64,000 bases of DNA from Octopus sinensis (lineage: Eukaryota): contig NC_043001.1 of the NCBI RefSeq assembly GCF_006345805.1, positions 120,776,001 through 120,840,000 of the forward strand. Reading direction: 5' to 3'. Shown piece by piece: positions 12,861 through 25,763 of this stretch. Position 1 is the stretch's first letter, and every line of letters starts with the position of its first letter. The notes below the pieces were generated by a model, which was not told the DNA's origin, made no database searches, and was given only the letters and a program-made list of their open reading frames with translations. The position numbers and the translations under genes were made by a program.

Positions 12861-14511
12861 AATCTATCTGTCCATTTTAGAAAATTTATTCTTACCAAGT
12901 AAGAATGGTATGTTGTTGATATTATAAGAATTTATAAGCTTCAAGGGGACCTGAAATGAGTTTTTTCTGTTTTTTTTTTTAACGATGTTTCTTGAAACAG
13001 ATAAAAGTATAAGTAATAGCATGTGAATATTGAGTTGTGTGTGTGTTTGTATCTGTGTATGTATACCTGTGTGTCTGTGTGTTTTCACATGTATATTTGT
13101 ATGTAAATGTGTAAAAGAAAAATAGGAAACTGACGATCACATTAGTATTTCAAAGATTCCTTTTCTTGACAGATTAACTTTGCCTTCATACCACTGCTCT
13201 CATTTCCTTTTTACCATTATTCATTGTAACTTTTCTGCTGTGTTTTATTACTTTTTTTTATATTATGTACAAATATATATATATAAATTTTCTTTTTATA
13301 TTAATTTATATTTATACCAGGAATGATAATTTGATTTTCAGATTTAGAAAATATAGAGTAGTGTTACATTGATACTTTCCGAAGTGTAGGGTATTTCTAG
13401 GGCTGGAATAAAATCCCAAATTTGTAGATGGAGGGTTCTTTCCTTACTTGAAACCTCAAATTTTGGTCGAGTTAGCATTACCATTGTAATCTGTGGCATG
13501 TGTTGAGCAGTTTAAGCCTGGCATAGCCCACTCCTGCCCTAGTTTGAACACAGCTAATTTCTTTCAAAGAGACAGGTAGATAAATTGACCTTGGTACTTG
13601 ACTGGTACTTCTTTTATTGTCTCCAAGAAAGATTAACAACAAAGCTGACCTGAGCAAGATTTGAACTCAGAGCACAGCATGGCTTCTATCTAATGCACTA
13701 ATGATTCTGCCTACTTATTACCTAAACGGTGGGACTATATGCGATTGATCCTAGTATATACCTAGTTGTTATTTCATCATCCCTAGAGGAATTAAAGCCA
13801 TTGTAGACATCTATTTACATTTGAGATTATTTGTAGGCAGATTAAATCAACCCCAGTAAATGACTGGTACTTTATTTATTTCTTTTTTTTTTTTTTCAAA
13901 ATCCTAGAAATTTTCAATGGACAGAATTTGAACTCAGAACGTAAAGGGATGTAACTAAATACCACAAATCCTTCTGTCATCCAGCACTCTGCGATAATAA
14001 TGACTCGTTAACTTGAATGTGGACAAACATGGAAGGAAGCTCTTGTATTCATAAACACAGTGAATTTTTAATACTCAAGAGAATTTAGCACTATACCACT
14101 AACTTGTTTCGTATTAAACTACAAATATGTTTACATAAGACAATTCTGGACTTGTCTTTTTGTAATTATCTAATAGTATTGTTTGACTGTTTTATTTTTA
14201 TTGGTTTGTTATGAGTTCTTTAGTTTGAAAGATGTTTGAGTTTTTATTTTTTGCCCCCCCCCCCCCCACCACCATTTGAAATTGGATATCTTTCCTTTGT
14301 CAATTTATCTGATGGGAAGTATTACCAAGGTTTCAGTAGTTAAGCACATGCACTCACGTACACATTTTAATGCCTGCAAAAGCATCAAGATGTGTGTGCG
14401 CACATGCACACACACACATACACATTCATGTTGCTATACGTTCATATATAATCATATATGCATATTAATATATATATATATATATATATATATACAAGTA
14501 TAAACATATAT

Positions 14512-14745
14512 ACCTATTTCTTTACTACCCACAAGGGGCTAAACACTGAGAGGACAAACAAGGACAGGCAAATGGATTAAGTCGATTACATCGACCCTAG
14601 TGCATAAATGGTACTTAATTTATCGACCTCGAAAGGATGAAAGGCAAAGTCAACCTCGGCGGAATTTGAACTCAGAACGTAGCGGCAGACGAAGTACGGC
14701 TACGCATTTCACCCGGCGTGCTAACGTTTCTGCCAGCTCGCCGCC
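14512..14745 (-). mobile_element. tRNA-derived SINE (family A), young CpG-rich copy
   Basis: The minus strand reads GGCGGCGAGCTGGCAGAAACGTTAGC..TTCTGAGTTCAAATTCCGCCGAGGTTGACTTTGCCTTTCATCC. Related copies lie at about 13.6-14.0 kb, 18.05 kb, 21.2-21.7 kb, 44.0 kb and 57.4 kb. Confidence 0.85.
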
Positions 14746-14803
14746 TTTTATATATATACCAATGATCAGAATGTCGATTGTGTGTGTGTGTATATATATA
14801 TAT

Positions 14804-14858
<55 letters not shown>

Positions 14859-15435
14859 TTTTTTTTTTGCAACTATAACATGGCTATTCAACAAAGAACT
14901 ACATTACTACATTTTAACCCCAGGGAAATGTCTTTTCCAGTTGGTTAACAACACACTATGTTCCAATGTATAGTGAGTAAGGGAGTAAATCACTTCTCGC
15001 CAGCTTGGCAAAACCTTCGTCGGTACAGAACACTGCTAGAGATGGCAGTCACTCATCCCTACTCACAATATATAAACAGAGAAGTGGCAAACAGTCACTG
15101 ATCTCATAAGGAGCAAAATAGCTTGCTCTAAAATCTCTAAATGAGATACGAGTGGTAATAATACTAGACAGTAATGTTTTTTCTTGTTCTATATTTTTGC
15201 AACTGTAAGATACCTGTTCAATAAAGAACACAGTTACAACATTTTAACTCCAGGAAAACAGCTTTTCCAGCTGGTTACTGATACTCAATCTAACACTGAT
15301 ATATTGTGAGTAATATATATATGTGTGTGTGTGTGTGTGCCTGTGTTTATATATATATATATAAATACATACATATATATATATTATATATATATATATA
15401 TGTATATGTTCTATGTATGTATATGTATGTATGTG

Positions 15436-15482
<47 letters not shown>

Positions 15483-15613
15483 CACTCACACACACATAGA
15501 CACACATGCACTGTCAGAATTTGAAGCTTGTAATCAGTGGTATGGATTTGTATGCTTGCATGTATATGTGTATATGATTTTATATGTGAGTTTATATCAA
15601 CGTGTGTGTATGT

Positions 15614-15980
15614 GTATGGTTCCGGGTTCAGTCCCACTGCATGGCCCCTTGGGCAAGTGCTTTCTACTATAGCCTTGGGCCAGTCAAAGCCTTGTGAGTG
15701 TATTTGGTAAACGGAAACTGAAAGAAGCCCACCGTATATATGTATATATATATATATGTATGTATGTGTGTGTTTGTGTGTCTGTGTTTGTTCCCCCAAC
15801 ATTACTTGACAACCGATGCTGGTGTGTTTACATCCCCGTAACTTAGCGGTTCGACAAAAGAGAAACTGATAGAATAAGTACTAGGCTTACAAAAGTAAGT
15901 CCTGGGTCGATTTACTCGACTAAAGGTGGTGCTCCAGCATGGCCACAGTCAAATGACTGAAACAAGAGATTAAAAGAGAG
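15614..15980 (+). mobile_element. tRNA-derived SINE (family B) with internal microsatellite, 5'-truncated
   Basis: GGTTCCGGGTTCAGTCCCACTGCATGGC..GGAAACTGAAAGAAGCCC-(TA/TG)n-..CCAGCATGGCCACAGTCAAATGACTGAAACAAG. Same family as 31358-31763. Confidence 0.85.
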
Positions 15981-16003
15981 TATATATAATCAATATAATC
16001 AAG

Positions 16004-16191
16004 GAGGGAAATGGAAAAATAGAGTTCACGAGAATCTTTATTCATCAGAATGATCGTTTCGACTCCTCCTTCGTTGTTCCCTGATGCAATGGAGGATGCA
16101 GCACAACTAGTTGTATAGTATCCCACTCGCAAATGTTCAATATTGTTGTGATGAATAAAGATTCTTGTGGACTCCACTTTCCATTTCCCTC
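16004..16191. repeat. Inverted repeat with about 44-bp arms, each carrying AATAAA pointing outward (Penelope-type terminal tail?)
   Basis: 16004-16047 matches the reverse complement of 16149-16191. The minus strand shows GAGTC-GAAA-CGATC just before the arm. Confidence 0.55.
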
Positions 16192-16360
16192 ATTCATTAT
16201 AAACTCAACAAACACTGTAGAATTCTTGAGGTAGATTCAGTGACACTTGTATAACTGTAGAAGACATTAGGTAATTAGGTAGCCTAAACAGTGAAAGTGC
16301 TTTAATCAGCATACTACCAATTGTATACCTGAAGTTCAGATAAATATATATACATATATA

Positions 16361-16773
16361 AAATCAAAATCGCAATTGATCAACATCAATGGAATTTGTA
16401 GGTGTGATACCAGTGCTGGTGGCACGTAAGAGAACCACCCGAACGTGGCCGTAGCCAGCGCCGCCCTGACTGGCCTCCGTGCCAGTGGCATGTAAAAAGC
16501 ACCATCCGATCGTGGCCATTGCCAGCTACATCTGGTCTCCGTGCTGGTGGCACATAAAAGGCACCATCCGATCGTGGCTGTTTGCCAGCTTCGTCTGGCA
16601 CGTAAAAAGCACCCACTACACTCACAGAGTGGTTGGTGTTAGGAAGGGCATCCAGCTGTAGAAATACTGCCAGATCAGACTGGGCTTGGTGCAGCCTTCT
16701 GGCTTCCCAGACCCCAGTAAAACCGTCCAACCCATGCTAGCATGGAAAGCAGACGTTAAACGATGATGATGAT
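16361..16773 (+). mobile_element. Solo RTE 3' UTR (four modules + terminal region + (GAT)n tail)
   Basis: Matches 4370-4560. GGCACGTAA-type modules x4, GGAAGGGCATCCAGCTGTAGAAA, and a GTTAAACGATGATGATGAT end. Confidence 0.9.
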
Positions 16774-16874
16774 ATAGTTAATCCAAACAAGAAAGCACAA
16801 AAAAGCACAACAACATGAGGGTGTGGAACAAATATAGTATTATTGGATGCTCAGGAAAGAAGGGAAGAAGGAGG

Positions 16875-16909
16875 GTTTAACGTTTCGAGCGGAGCTCTTC
16901 GTCGGAAAC
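16875..16909 (-). ncRNA. Minimal type-I hammerhead ribozyme-like motif (core CCGACGA, U4C variant)
   Basis: Minus strand: GTTT-CCGACGA-A-GAGC(TCC)GCTC-GAA-ACGT-T-AAAC, inside a roughly 210-bp unit (16775-16985) with a TTCCTGAGC tail. Confidence 0.6.
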
Positions 16910-17088
16910 ATAGGAGAAGGAAAGATCCAGAGAAGGGAAGACAGAGGAAAAAATCGCCAATGGTACACATGCGGTCACAAATGAGCCAAATATTTTTACT
17001 ACTATTTATTGTATTTTTAGTGTAATTATTTTTGAAAGCCTTACATTTACCTTTACGGTTAGGATTGGGTTTTTTCCAACACAAAACA

Positions 17089-17129
<41 letters not shown>

Positions 17130-18049
17130 TGAAAGAGAGGTACACATACATATATGCTTGCTAATTTCAATCCCTATTAACTTAGCTAGACTACTTTCTT
17201 TGAATTCCCATTTGAAATGCTTACATTATGTATGAGCCATCAACTGATTAAAGGACATCATTTTATTTGCAAATAACAATATGAACTGCAATACTGTGCT
17301 GGTAAAAAATTAAATAGAATTGTAGCATGATCTCTAAAAAAAACCCACCACTTCTGGATTGTACAATTTGTCAGTGTTTCAGTATATTTCATAGTAGCAA
17401 ACATTGATATATAGTTAAGAAATCTGCTTTGCAACTGTGTGATTTCAGGTTCAGGACAAGTGTCTTCTACTACATCCCCAACCTAGTTAATGCTTTGTGA
17501 ATGGATTTGACAAATGGGAACTGCATGAAATTTGTATGAGCATATATGTCTGTCTGTTTGTCCTTCCACCACTTGACAACTGGTGTAGGTCTACAGTTCA
17601 GCTACAAGAAATTGAAAAAAATACTTGACTTAAGTCTTGGGATTGATTTATTTGAATAAACCCTGTAAGGTGGTGCCACATCATAGCTACAGTCCTGTGG
17701 TTGTAACAAATAAAAAAAAATTATTCATATTACTTCCAGGGAGCAATACCATTGGCTACAGTTCTTAAATGGGCCTGTCAGTGGTTTATTTCCAGTAATG
17801 AGTAATAAAGGATTTTCAGTGCTTAAAGCATGGTGTTAAAATTCAAAAGCGTTGGATTTTTAGCTATGCATCTTGGTAGGACAACTACCACATAGTGTAA
17901 TTTTATTTAAGATCCCCAGTTTGTCAGTTTTCTTACTTTTACATCATTTGTTGACATGATATTGCCAAACAATATATTTATCCAAAGGGCTGAAGTACAA
18001 TTTCCATCTACCAAATTTTACCACAGCAATCACTAGGCACTCACGCTGG

Positions 18050-18262
18050 GCAAATTGCTTAACAGTATTTGGTTCATCTTCATGCTCTGAGTTCAAATTC
18101 TGCCAAGGTTGAATTTGCCTTTCATCCTTTTGGGGTCAATAGAATAAGTACCAGTTGAATACTGGGGTTGATATAATCAACAAGCTCCCCTGCCACAAAA
18201 TTTCAGGCCTTGTGCCTATAATAGAAAGGATTATTATAATTATTATTATTATTATTATTATC
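18050..18262 (+). mobile_element. SINE family A copy with (ATT)n tail
   Basis: CTGAGTTCAAATTCTGCCAAGGTTGAATTTGCC..GGCCTTGTGCCTATAATAGAAAGG followed by (ATT)n at 18230-18262. Confidence 0.8.
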
Positions 18263-21225
18263 GTTATTATAGACGTTTCACAGTATACAATATTGTGAGG
18301 TTTTTGATAGAAGATATTGTGTCTACCAGGGGTTTGTACTGTTTGTCAAGTCACAACAAGGACCTCAGACAGACACTACTTTACGCAATATGTGTACAGT
18401 TCCAAGTAATGCTGACTTTTGCAATACATCTAGATTGTAGGGTATTTCTAATGTTTTCAGATGGTTTTTTTTTTTCAGATTGGGTGGTATTGAACCAATG
18501 CTCCGACAACAATAGGGATAACCTTTATGTTTGACTCTCGTAGCTGCCACATCTTAGCAATCTCAATTCTCGGGTCTCCATATTTATCAACTTTTTCTCT
18601 TTCTTTCATGATATGTTGATCTCTTGGCACTGCTACGTCGATTATTAGGTACTCTGGTTTGTCCCTCCTAAAGGTTACTATATCTGGCCTTCGGTGTTCT
18701 TACACTTTGTCGGTCTGGAAATCCCAGACGATTTTTGCCTTCCCCTTTTTGTCCATTACCTTTTCCAGTGTATGTTGGTACTAAGCACCCATAACCTCAT
18801 ATCCATACTTATGGCATAGTAGCCAGTGGAAGTTTTGGGTTACTTTGTCATGTCTATGCTTGTACTCTTTCTCCGCAAGACTTTCACCAGCACTAACAAT
18901 GTAAGTTACACTTTCAACCCTCTTCCCACACATTCTGCAGAGGTCCAGTGCACTTGCTTGGTATATGTTCTTTTTCACTGAGTTGGTATTCAATGCCTGG
19001 TCCTGGGCCGTGATGATTAGGCTTTCAGTATTCTTTTTTAGGTCACCCTTGTTGAGCCACCATGATGCTTCCTGGTCTTTTAATTTGCTGGTTTCACGGT
19101 GGAACTGACCATGTAATTCCATACAGAGTAGGGATTCTTCTCCCTTTGTTGGCTGTTCTTATTCAGAATTCATGAGCTCTCTCAAGTCCATTTTTGTTAA
19201 CTCCTTCTGCACCATCAGCATACTCTAGCAGGTCTTCTTTGCTGTTTGCTAAATATTCTGCCATGTTTCTTCTTTCATTGTTGATGCACTCCCGTAAGCT
19301 AATCAGCCCCTGTCCACCCTTACCTCTCCTCATGTAGAGCTTGTGTACATTTGCCTAAGGGTGGAGGGCACCAAGCATTGTCATTGTATTTTGAGCAGTG
19401 TGATCAAGGTGATCAATCTCTGCTTGTGTCCATTTCAGGATGGGTGCATTATAGCGAACCACAGTAACTACCCTTATGTTGATGGCAGTCACAAGGTTCC
19501 TTGAGTTGATCTTCGATTTCAAGAGAAGTTTGAGGTGCTCAAAAGATGCAGTGGTGACCTTGTCTTTCATTTTTCTTTGCAAGATATTGTCCAGCTCCAG
19601 GATCTCAAGGTACTTGTACCCATCATCATCAGGGTCTTCCAATCTCTTTCTGTTTGGCAATTTTATGCCCCTACAATTTACTCTTTTTCCCCTGCTTCAA
19701 AGTTATCAACACACATTTCAAGATACCGAATTCCATCCCTATATACTTGCAGTACATTTGCACAGTCTCAACCAGCCTCTCCATTTCAGGCTCTGTTTTT
19801 GCAAACAGTTTCAAATCATCCATAAAGAGAAGGTAGTTGAGACAAGGTCCGTTCTTTCTCAGCTCATAGTGCACACTGATTTTATGTAGGACTACAGAAA
19901 ATGGGATCAAGGCTATAACAAATAACAGAGGTGAACAAGAGTCTCCTTGCAAGATACCTCTTTTGATTGTTACCTTGGCTAAGTGCTGGTTGTTACAGAA
20001 AAGTCACATTTTCTAGGCATGCTGTTCTTAATCAGTGCACATGCATTCTCAGCTATTGCACACCTGTCCAGTATTTCCGAAATCCACAAATGCAGCAACA
20101 TGCCATAATAAGACCTGCTAGAGTATGCTGATGGTGCAGAAGGAGTTAACAAAAATGCACTTGGGAGTGCTCATGAATTCTGAATAAGAACAGCCAACAA
20201 GGGAGAAGAATCCCTACTCTGTATGGAATTACATGGTCAGTTCCACCGTGAACTTATGGCCTATTCAGGCCATGCATAAGTTTTTTTGGTACCGTTTACA
20301 GTTTTTCATTATAACCTTGTCTATCACAAGGTTATCCTTGGTGCCCTTGGATCCTTTTCGGCATCCCTTTTGCTCTACAGGCAGAAGATTGTTTTCTGCA
20401 AGGAACATATATATTTTCCCTGTGAGTGTACCTGTCAATACTTTCCATACGAGGTGAAGACAAGCAATGGGTCAGTAATTGCCAACCTCACTGCCATTTG
20501 ACCAATCTTTCATTGACAATGTTGTTCTTCCTTCTACCATCCACTCCGGAACTGTACCGCTCTGTAGGTAATTGTCTAATTGCAATACAAATCTCTTGTG
20601 TATTGACCTAAACCACTTGAGCCAGTAGCCCTGAATTATATCTGGTTCTACTGCTTTCCAGTTTGGTAGTTTTGATATCTGTGCAAAGACATCTTCCGTT
20701 GTTATGTGCACATGGTCCTGTCGTGGAACCTCCGTGTAATAGAGTTCGGATCTCGTGGAATGAATCCACTCAGCTCTGTGGTTCTGCGAAACTTCTTGCC
20801 CCCAGATTTTATTCCAAAATTGGCAGGTTTCTTCTGCTTCAGGAGGTGTATTATCTTCTGTGTTTCTTCCTAAGCCCTTAAAAACTGCTTCTGGTTGTTT
20901 GAGAATAACTGGTTTTGTTGGAACTGCAATATGCAGTCAGTGTAGCCCTGCACCTTGAATGTTTTAGCCCACACACGTTGTTTTAGGGTTTTGATAACAG
21001 TTTTTGAACCCTTTCTTTTCTATTTGGTAACTTACATCAAGATATGCCCTTGCACTTTCTTTTTCATTTTCCATTGCCCTTTTGACCACTCTTTTGTGTA
21101 ACTCATCTTTACGTAAAGTTAGAATATCACCTTCATTTCTCCATTTCCACCTTGGCTCCTTCTGTCCATCTACTTTCCTCTCTTTCTTTCCAACTAGTTC
21201 ACCTTCTAAAATTGAAGTGGTATTC
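18263..21225 (-). mobile_element. R4/Dong-clade non-LTR retrotransposon (RT + restriction-like endonuclease), degraded
   Basis: The minus strand has QGDSCSPLLF, LFMDDLKLF, degenerate CCHC CRMCGKRVESVTYIVSAG, RRPDIVT..IIDVAVP (PD..D RLE) and a C-terminus LQKSALLGTVHILRKV. Both ends abut TAA/ATT repeats. Confidence 0.85.
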
Positions 21226-21231
21226 TTATTA

Positions 21232-21685
21232 TTAAGGCAGTGAGCTGACAGAATCGTTAGCTTGTCAGGTGAAATGCTTAATGGTATTTCATCCATTTTC
21301 ACATTCTGAGTTCAAATTCCGCCAAGGTTGACTTAGCCTTTCATCCTTTTGGGGGTCGATATAGCAAGTACCAGTTGAGCACTGGGGTCAATGTAATTAA
21401 CTTATCCCCTCTCCCAAAATTGCTGGCTTTGTGTCAAAATTTGAAACCATTATCATTATTATGGCAGCAAGCTCACAGAATCATTAGCATGCTGGGTAAA
21501 ATGCTTAGCGGTATTTTGACTGTCATTATATTCTGAGTTCAAATTCCACTGGGGTCACCTTTGCTTTTCATCCTTACAGGGTCAATAAAATAAGTACCAG
21601 TTGAATTCCAGGGTTGATGTAATCAACTAGCCCCCTCCCCCAAATTTCAGACCATGTGCCTATTGTAGAGAGGATTATTATTACA
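21232..21685 (+). mobile_element. Two tandem SINE family A copies separated by an (ATT)n tail
   Basis: GGCAGTGAGCTGACAGAATCGTTAGC at 21236 and GGCAGCAAGCTCACAGAATCATTAGC at about 21463; each ends in ATTATT. Confidence 0.8.
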
Positions 21686-22184
21686 TTCTGGGTTCAGTAC
21701 TACTGCATGACACCTTGGGCAAGTTGTCTTCTACTGACCAATACCTTGAGAGTGGAATTGATAGATGGAAACTGAAAGAAGCTCGTATGTATGTATGTAT
21801 GTGTGTGTTTGTCCCACCCCCACCACTTGACAACCAGTGCTGGTTTGTTTACATCTGTATAACTTCGCAATTTGGCAAAAGAGACTGATAGAATAAGTAC
21901 CAGGCTTAAAAAAAATAAGTCCTAGGGACAATGTATTTGTCTAAAATATTCTCAAAGGCAGAGCCCCAGCATGGCTGCAGTTTAATGACTGAAACATATA
22001 AAAGGTGTGTGTGTGTTCTATCCTTGACTTGACATCATGTGATGGATGCAAATGAACACCACCATCATACAGATGATGCTGTTTATTTCTAGCCTTCTAT
22101 AAAAGACAGATCCATGTAAGCATCTGATTCATGTAAGCATGGAAAAGTAGGTGTTGAACCAATGATGATGATAACATAACAGAA

Positions 22185-22341
22185 TTATGGTAAGAAGCTT
22201 GCTTCCCAACCATATGGCTCCAGGTTCAGTCTCACTGTGTGACACTTTGGGCAAGCGTTGTCTACTGTAGCTCAGGCCAACCAAAGCCTTATGAGTGGAT
22301 TTGTTAGACAGAAACTGAAAGAAGCCCATCATGTGTGTGTG

Positions 22342-22408
<67 letters not shown>

Positions 22409-22625
22409 CTTAGTGCCTGTGCTTGTCCCCCCATCACTGCTTGACAACCAGTGTTGGTATATTTATGTCCCTGTAACCTAGCAGTTTGGCAAAAGAAACT
22501 GCTAGAATAAATACTAAGCTTTAAAAAATATTTCCTGGGGTTGATTTGTTTGGCTAAGCCTCTTCAAGTTGGTGCTCCTGCATGGCTGCAGTTAAATGAC
22601 TGAAACAGGTAAAAGAATAAAAGAA
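22185..22625 (+). mobile_element. SINE family B copy
   Basis: GGTAAGAAGCTTGCTTCCCAACC..GAAACTGAAAGAAGCCC-(TG)(TA)(TG)-..GCATGGCTGCAGTTAAATGACTGAAAC. Confidence 0.8.
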
Positions 22626-23806
22626 CCTGGTTTTCCAAGACTCTCAAGGATTAACACAGGTTTTCTAAAACCTAAAATTATATTTCTAAAAATCCATAGC
22701 ACGTTTAATACTGGTTTTGTTTGAAGAAACTTTTTGTGATAATCAATATTGTAGCAAACTTATTTGTCAAAGAAAAAAAAAAATTCAATGATAATCAAAT
22801 TAGCAACCCATCCTATGAAATGTAATCTTTTTTTTTTTTTTTTAATGGGGGCGTGTGGTTATTAGCTTTGAAGATGATTAAACAGTATGTTGGCTGCTAT
22901 CACTTTCTGTAATATTATATATATTTTTAGAATGTATAATTATAAACAGTGCTAATATAATTTGTCTGAGAACTGATTTGTCAAAACTTAATTATTTGAT
23001 TTTATTTACAATTTTATGTTGTTTCTTGCCTAAATGAAATAAATATACACTAATTTTTTTTTTTTGTAGTAACAATTAATATAAATTGAATCTTTTATTA
23101 TTATTTTATAATAAGCTTTATTCTTTATTTTATAATAACTTTATAATAGTGAATGATATAAATTAGATATTTCGTTTTGATACATTTTTTGAAACTAAAT
23201 TTTTTGTCTCATAGCATAAATACCGACAATCTATTTTATTTAGTGTTTTTTCCTATCCATACTAGTATTAGCTTGCTACAGTAACATGAAACAATGAAGT
23301 ATATAGAGTAGAAAAAATATATGTATTTCAATTATATAAGCTTCATCAATTTTGATTACATGGTACAACCAATTGTGCTTTGTTTAACCATAAGCTGAGT
23401 GTGATTAACTTATCACTAAGTCTTGCTTAAGTAGAATGAAATTTAACAAGTATAATGAATCCCACCTTGATACCACCTTTTGCAGAATGTTTAAATTTTA
23501 ATTATTAAATCCCTAATATATAGTAGATATCTTTAACATCAAAGCAGTAAGAAATTTTAAATTAACAAATCACAGTTTAAACGTTATTGTATTTGAGTTT
23601 AACTTCTTACTGTAATACAAGAACTGTAAAAAACAACAATTGTGCAATTCAGTTTTGGTTAACTGCTGATGTTTTGGTAGAAGATGGTTACCCACTGTAT
23701 CAGGCAGTGGAAATGGACCTAGAACATCATAATTCCAAAGTGAATCGGTTAACATTCAGCCAAGTCAATACCCATTACACAGTAGATATTGTTTAGCCTT
23801 GGGTTA

Positions 23807-24060
23807 GCTTTGTTAAACAGGGCTATAACCAAAAGCATTTAAGCCATAATCATCCCTTCTTTGTTTCTCAAGTAATATGACCAGGACCACCTGGATATAT
23901 CTCCTTCCCTTTTTAAGATGATAAGGTATGATTTGAAGGAGAATTGGCTTCTATTTCCAGTAGGTGAAACAATCCTCTAGAACAGGAATGTCAAACATAC
24001 AGTCCAAAAGCTGTATCTTGCCTGTTCAATATCATATCTGACTCCCAGCTCAATTTTATA
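23807..24060 (+). repeat. 254-bp segment duplicated in inverted orientation at 29060-29313
   Basis: By-eye comparison gives about 5 mismatches in 254 bp. The segment spans a repeat/hAT junction. Confidence 0.92.
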
Positions 24061-24705
24061 AAAACAGTTTTTATCATTTTTAATTTTAAAATATTCTGTG
24101 AAATGGGCAGAGTCGGCCCAACTAATAGTGATTCTGATTGGTAAAATCAGTATGAGAGAATTTTTTATTTCAACCCTTGGAAGAAACACTTTTTCCATAT
24201 GCTAAGAGATGTGACTTGTTTTCCTTCAGTTTGTAAAGCCACATTGAGCCAAACTTTTTTTCTTTCAAACTTACCCACAGATTCTAGTGACATGATTGTT
24301 ATTGAAAGGTTTGGAGGCTGGAAAGGTGCATGCTTTCTCTCAAGCATCAGTCTTCAAAAGAACTGTATGCATATATTTCAGCAATTTTTATCATCAATAT
24401 TACACCATAAACTCTTTCCTATCAAGATTGCATGGGTATATGTGTGCGTCTGTGTGTGTATATATTCATATATATATATTATGTAGATGAGTTTTACCTA
24501 GACATTTTTGCACATAAACTTTACTAATACTTCATATACCTTCCATATTTTATTAATAAAACTGTAATGTATATTGATCCCCTTATTCATTTTCTTTACC
24601 TTACATTACAAATTGTGTATTTAAGAATAATTGTCCTTATCTGATCCACAAGATATAGTTATGTTTCACTCTAACTTGCAAAGCCAAACAAGCTTGACAC
24701 TCCTG
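23983..24705. mobile_element. hAT (Charlie-like) non-autonomous element
   Basis: TIRs CAGGAATGTCAAAC / GCTTGACACTCCTG (12/14 match). Flanked by near-identical 8-mers CTCTAGAA (23975-23982) and CTCTGGAT (24706-24713). Confidence 0.7.
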
Positions 24706-25763
24706 CTCTGGATGCTCCACACATTTTTAAGCTTAGGTGTAACTTTATAATTTATACTCTTAGTCATACAATAACCTTCAAAATCACCATTTAATCCTAA
24801 ATGCAACAGCTTTGGCAGTGCCTAATATCAGCTCAGAGTTTAATAGTTATCTCCTCATTCTAGTCTTAAGCTTTGTCATATTTAGTCTTCTTTTAGAATG
24901 ATTAAAGACTTGGATGTTCTTTAATCATCAGTAAAATGATTTGTAAATCTTTTTTTTTATATATTTTATTTTTCTTGAAAATTTCAAAATTTGAATGTAT
25001 TCTCCAGCTGTTATATCAGGAAATTTCACATAAATATATTTTCTTTTCTTTTTTAAATATGCTAGAAAGTTTTCTGAAATCTTTTTATAAGGGCTTTGAA
25101 ACTACTAATTTTGAATCAATTTGCAAGCATGTTTTATGACATCATAAAAGAGAGCTGCTGGATCACTTCAAATAAGTATGGTAATGTGTTTCCAAGTTGT
25201 AGCATCATAGGAGAAATGTGGCTATAAATGGTGCTAATTTATTTCCTAATCCTGCCAGCAAGATCATTCAAAAATATTATTAGCGTTCAAGGGCATCAAA
25301 GCTATTTCCAGTTATGCACAATGATATTGACTTCACTTACCTACACTATTTAGATCTTCTCTTAAATCAATCCTTTTACAATATGACTAGCACATGGACA
25401 ATTGTCATTTTCTCTTTATCAATAAATATAAAGCTTTGGAGTTTAATAAAATCCTTATTGATTCCTTACTGAGACACATAGCCGAACAATCACTAGAGAG
25501 GAAAGAAATACATGAGTGTCTTTCAAAAGTGTGAATGTAGCACATTTCATTCATTCTTCGTTTTAACATTCATTTTTCAATGTTAGCATGGATTAGATGG
25601 AGAGATATCTGAAGCAAGATTATTGTGACTAAATGTTCTTCCAGTCATCAACCCTTACCTCTCTTTCAAGTGAGGGATATTGTTAGTCCAGAGAAATTTG
25701 AAAGAACAGAGATGATTTTGCTAAGAGAAATTTTAACATGTGTTACCACTTAACATACTGCTA

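Noticed and set aside
16410-16620. CRISPR-like repeat/spacer appearance of the GGCACGTAAAAAGCACC modules (also the 31-bp and 84-bp arrays)
   Set aside because: The spacers are homologous to each other, the modules are part of a LINE 3' UTR, there are no cas genes, and the context is eukaryotic.
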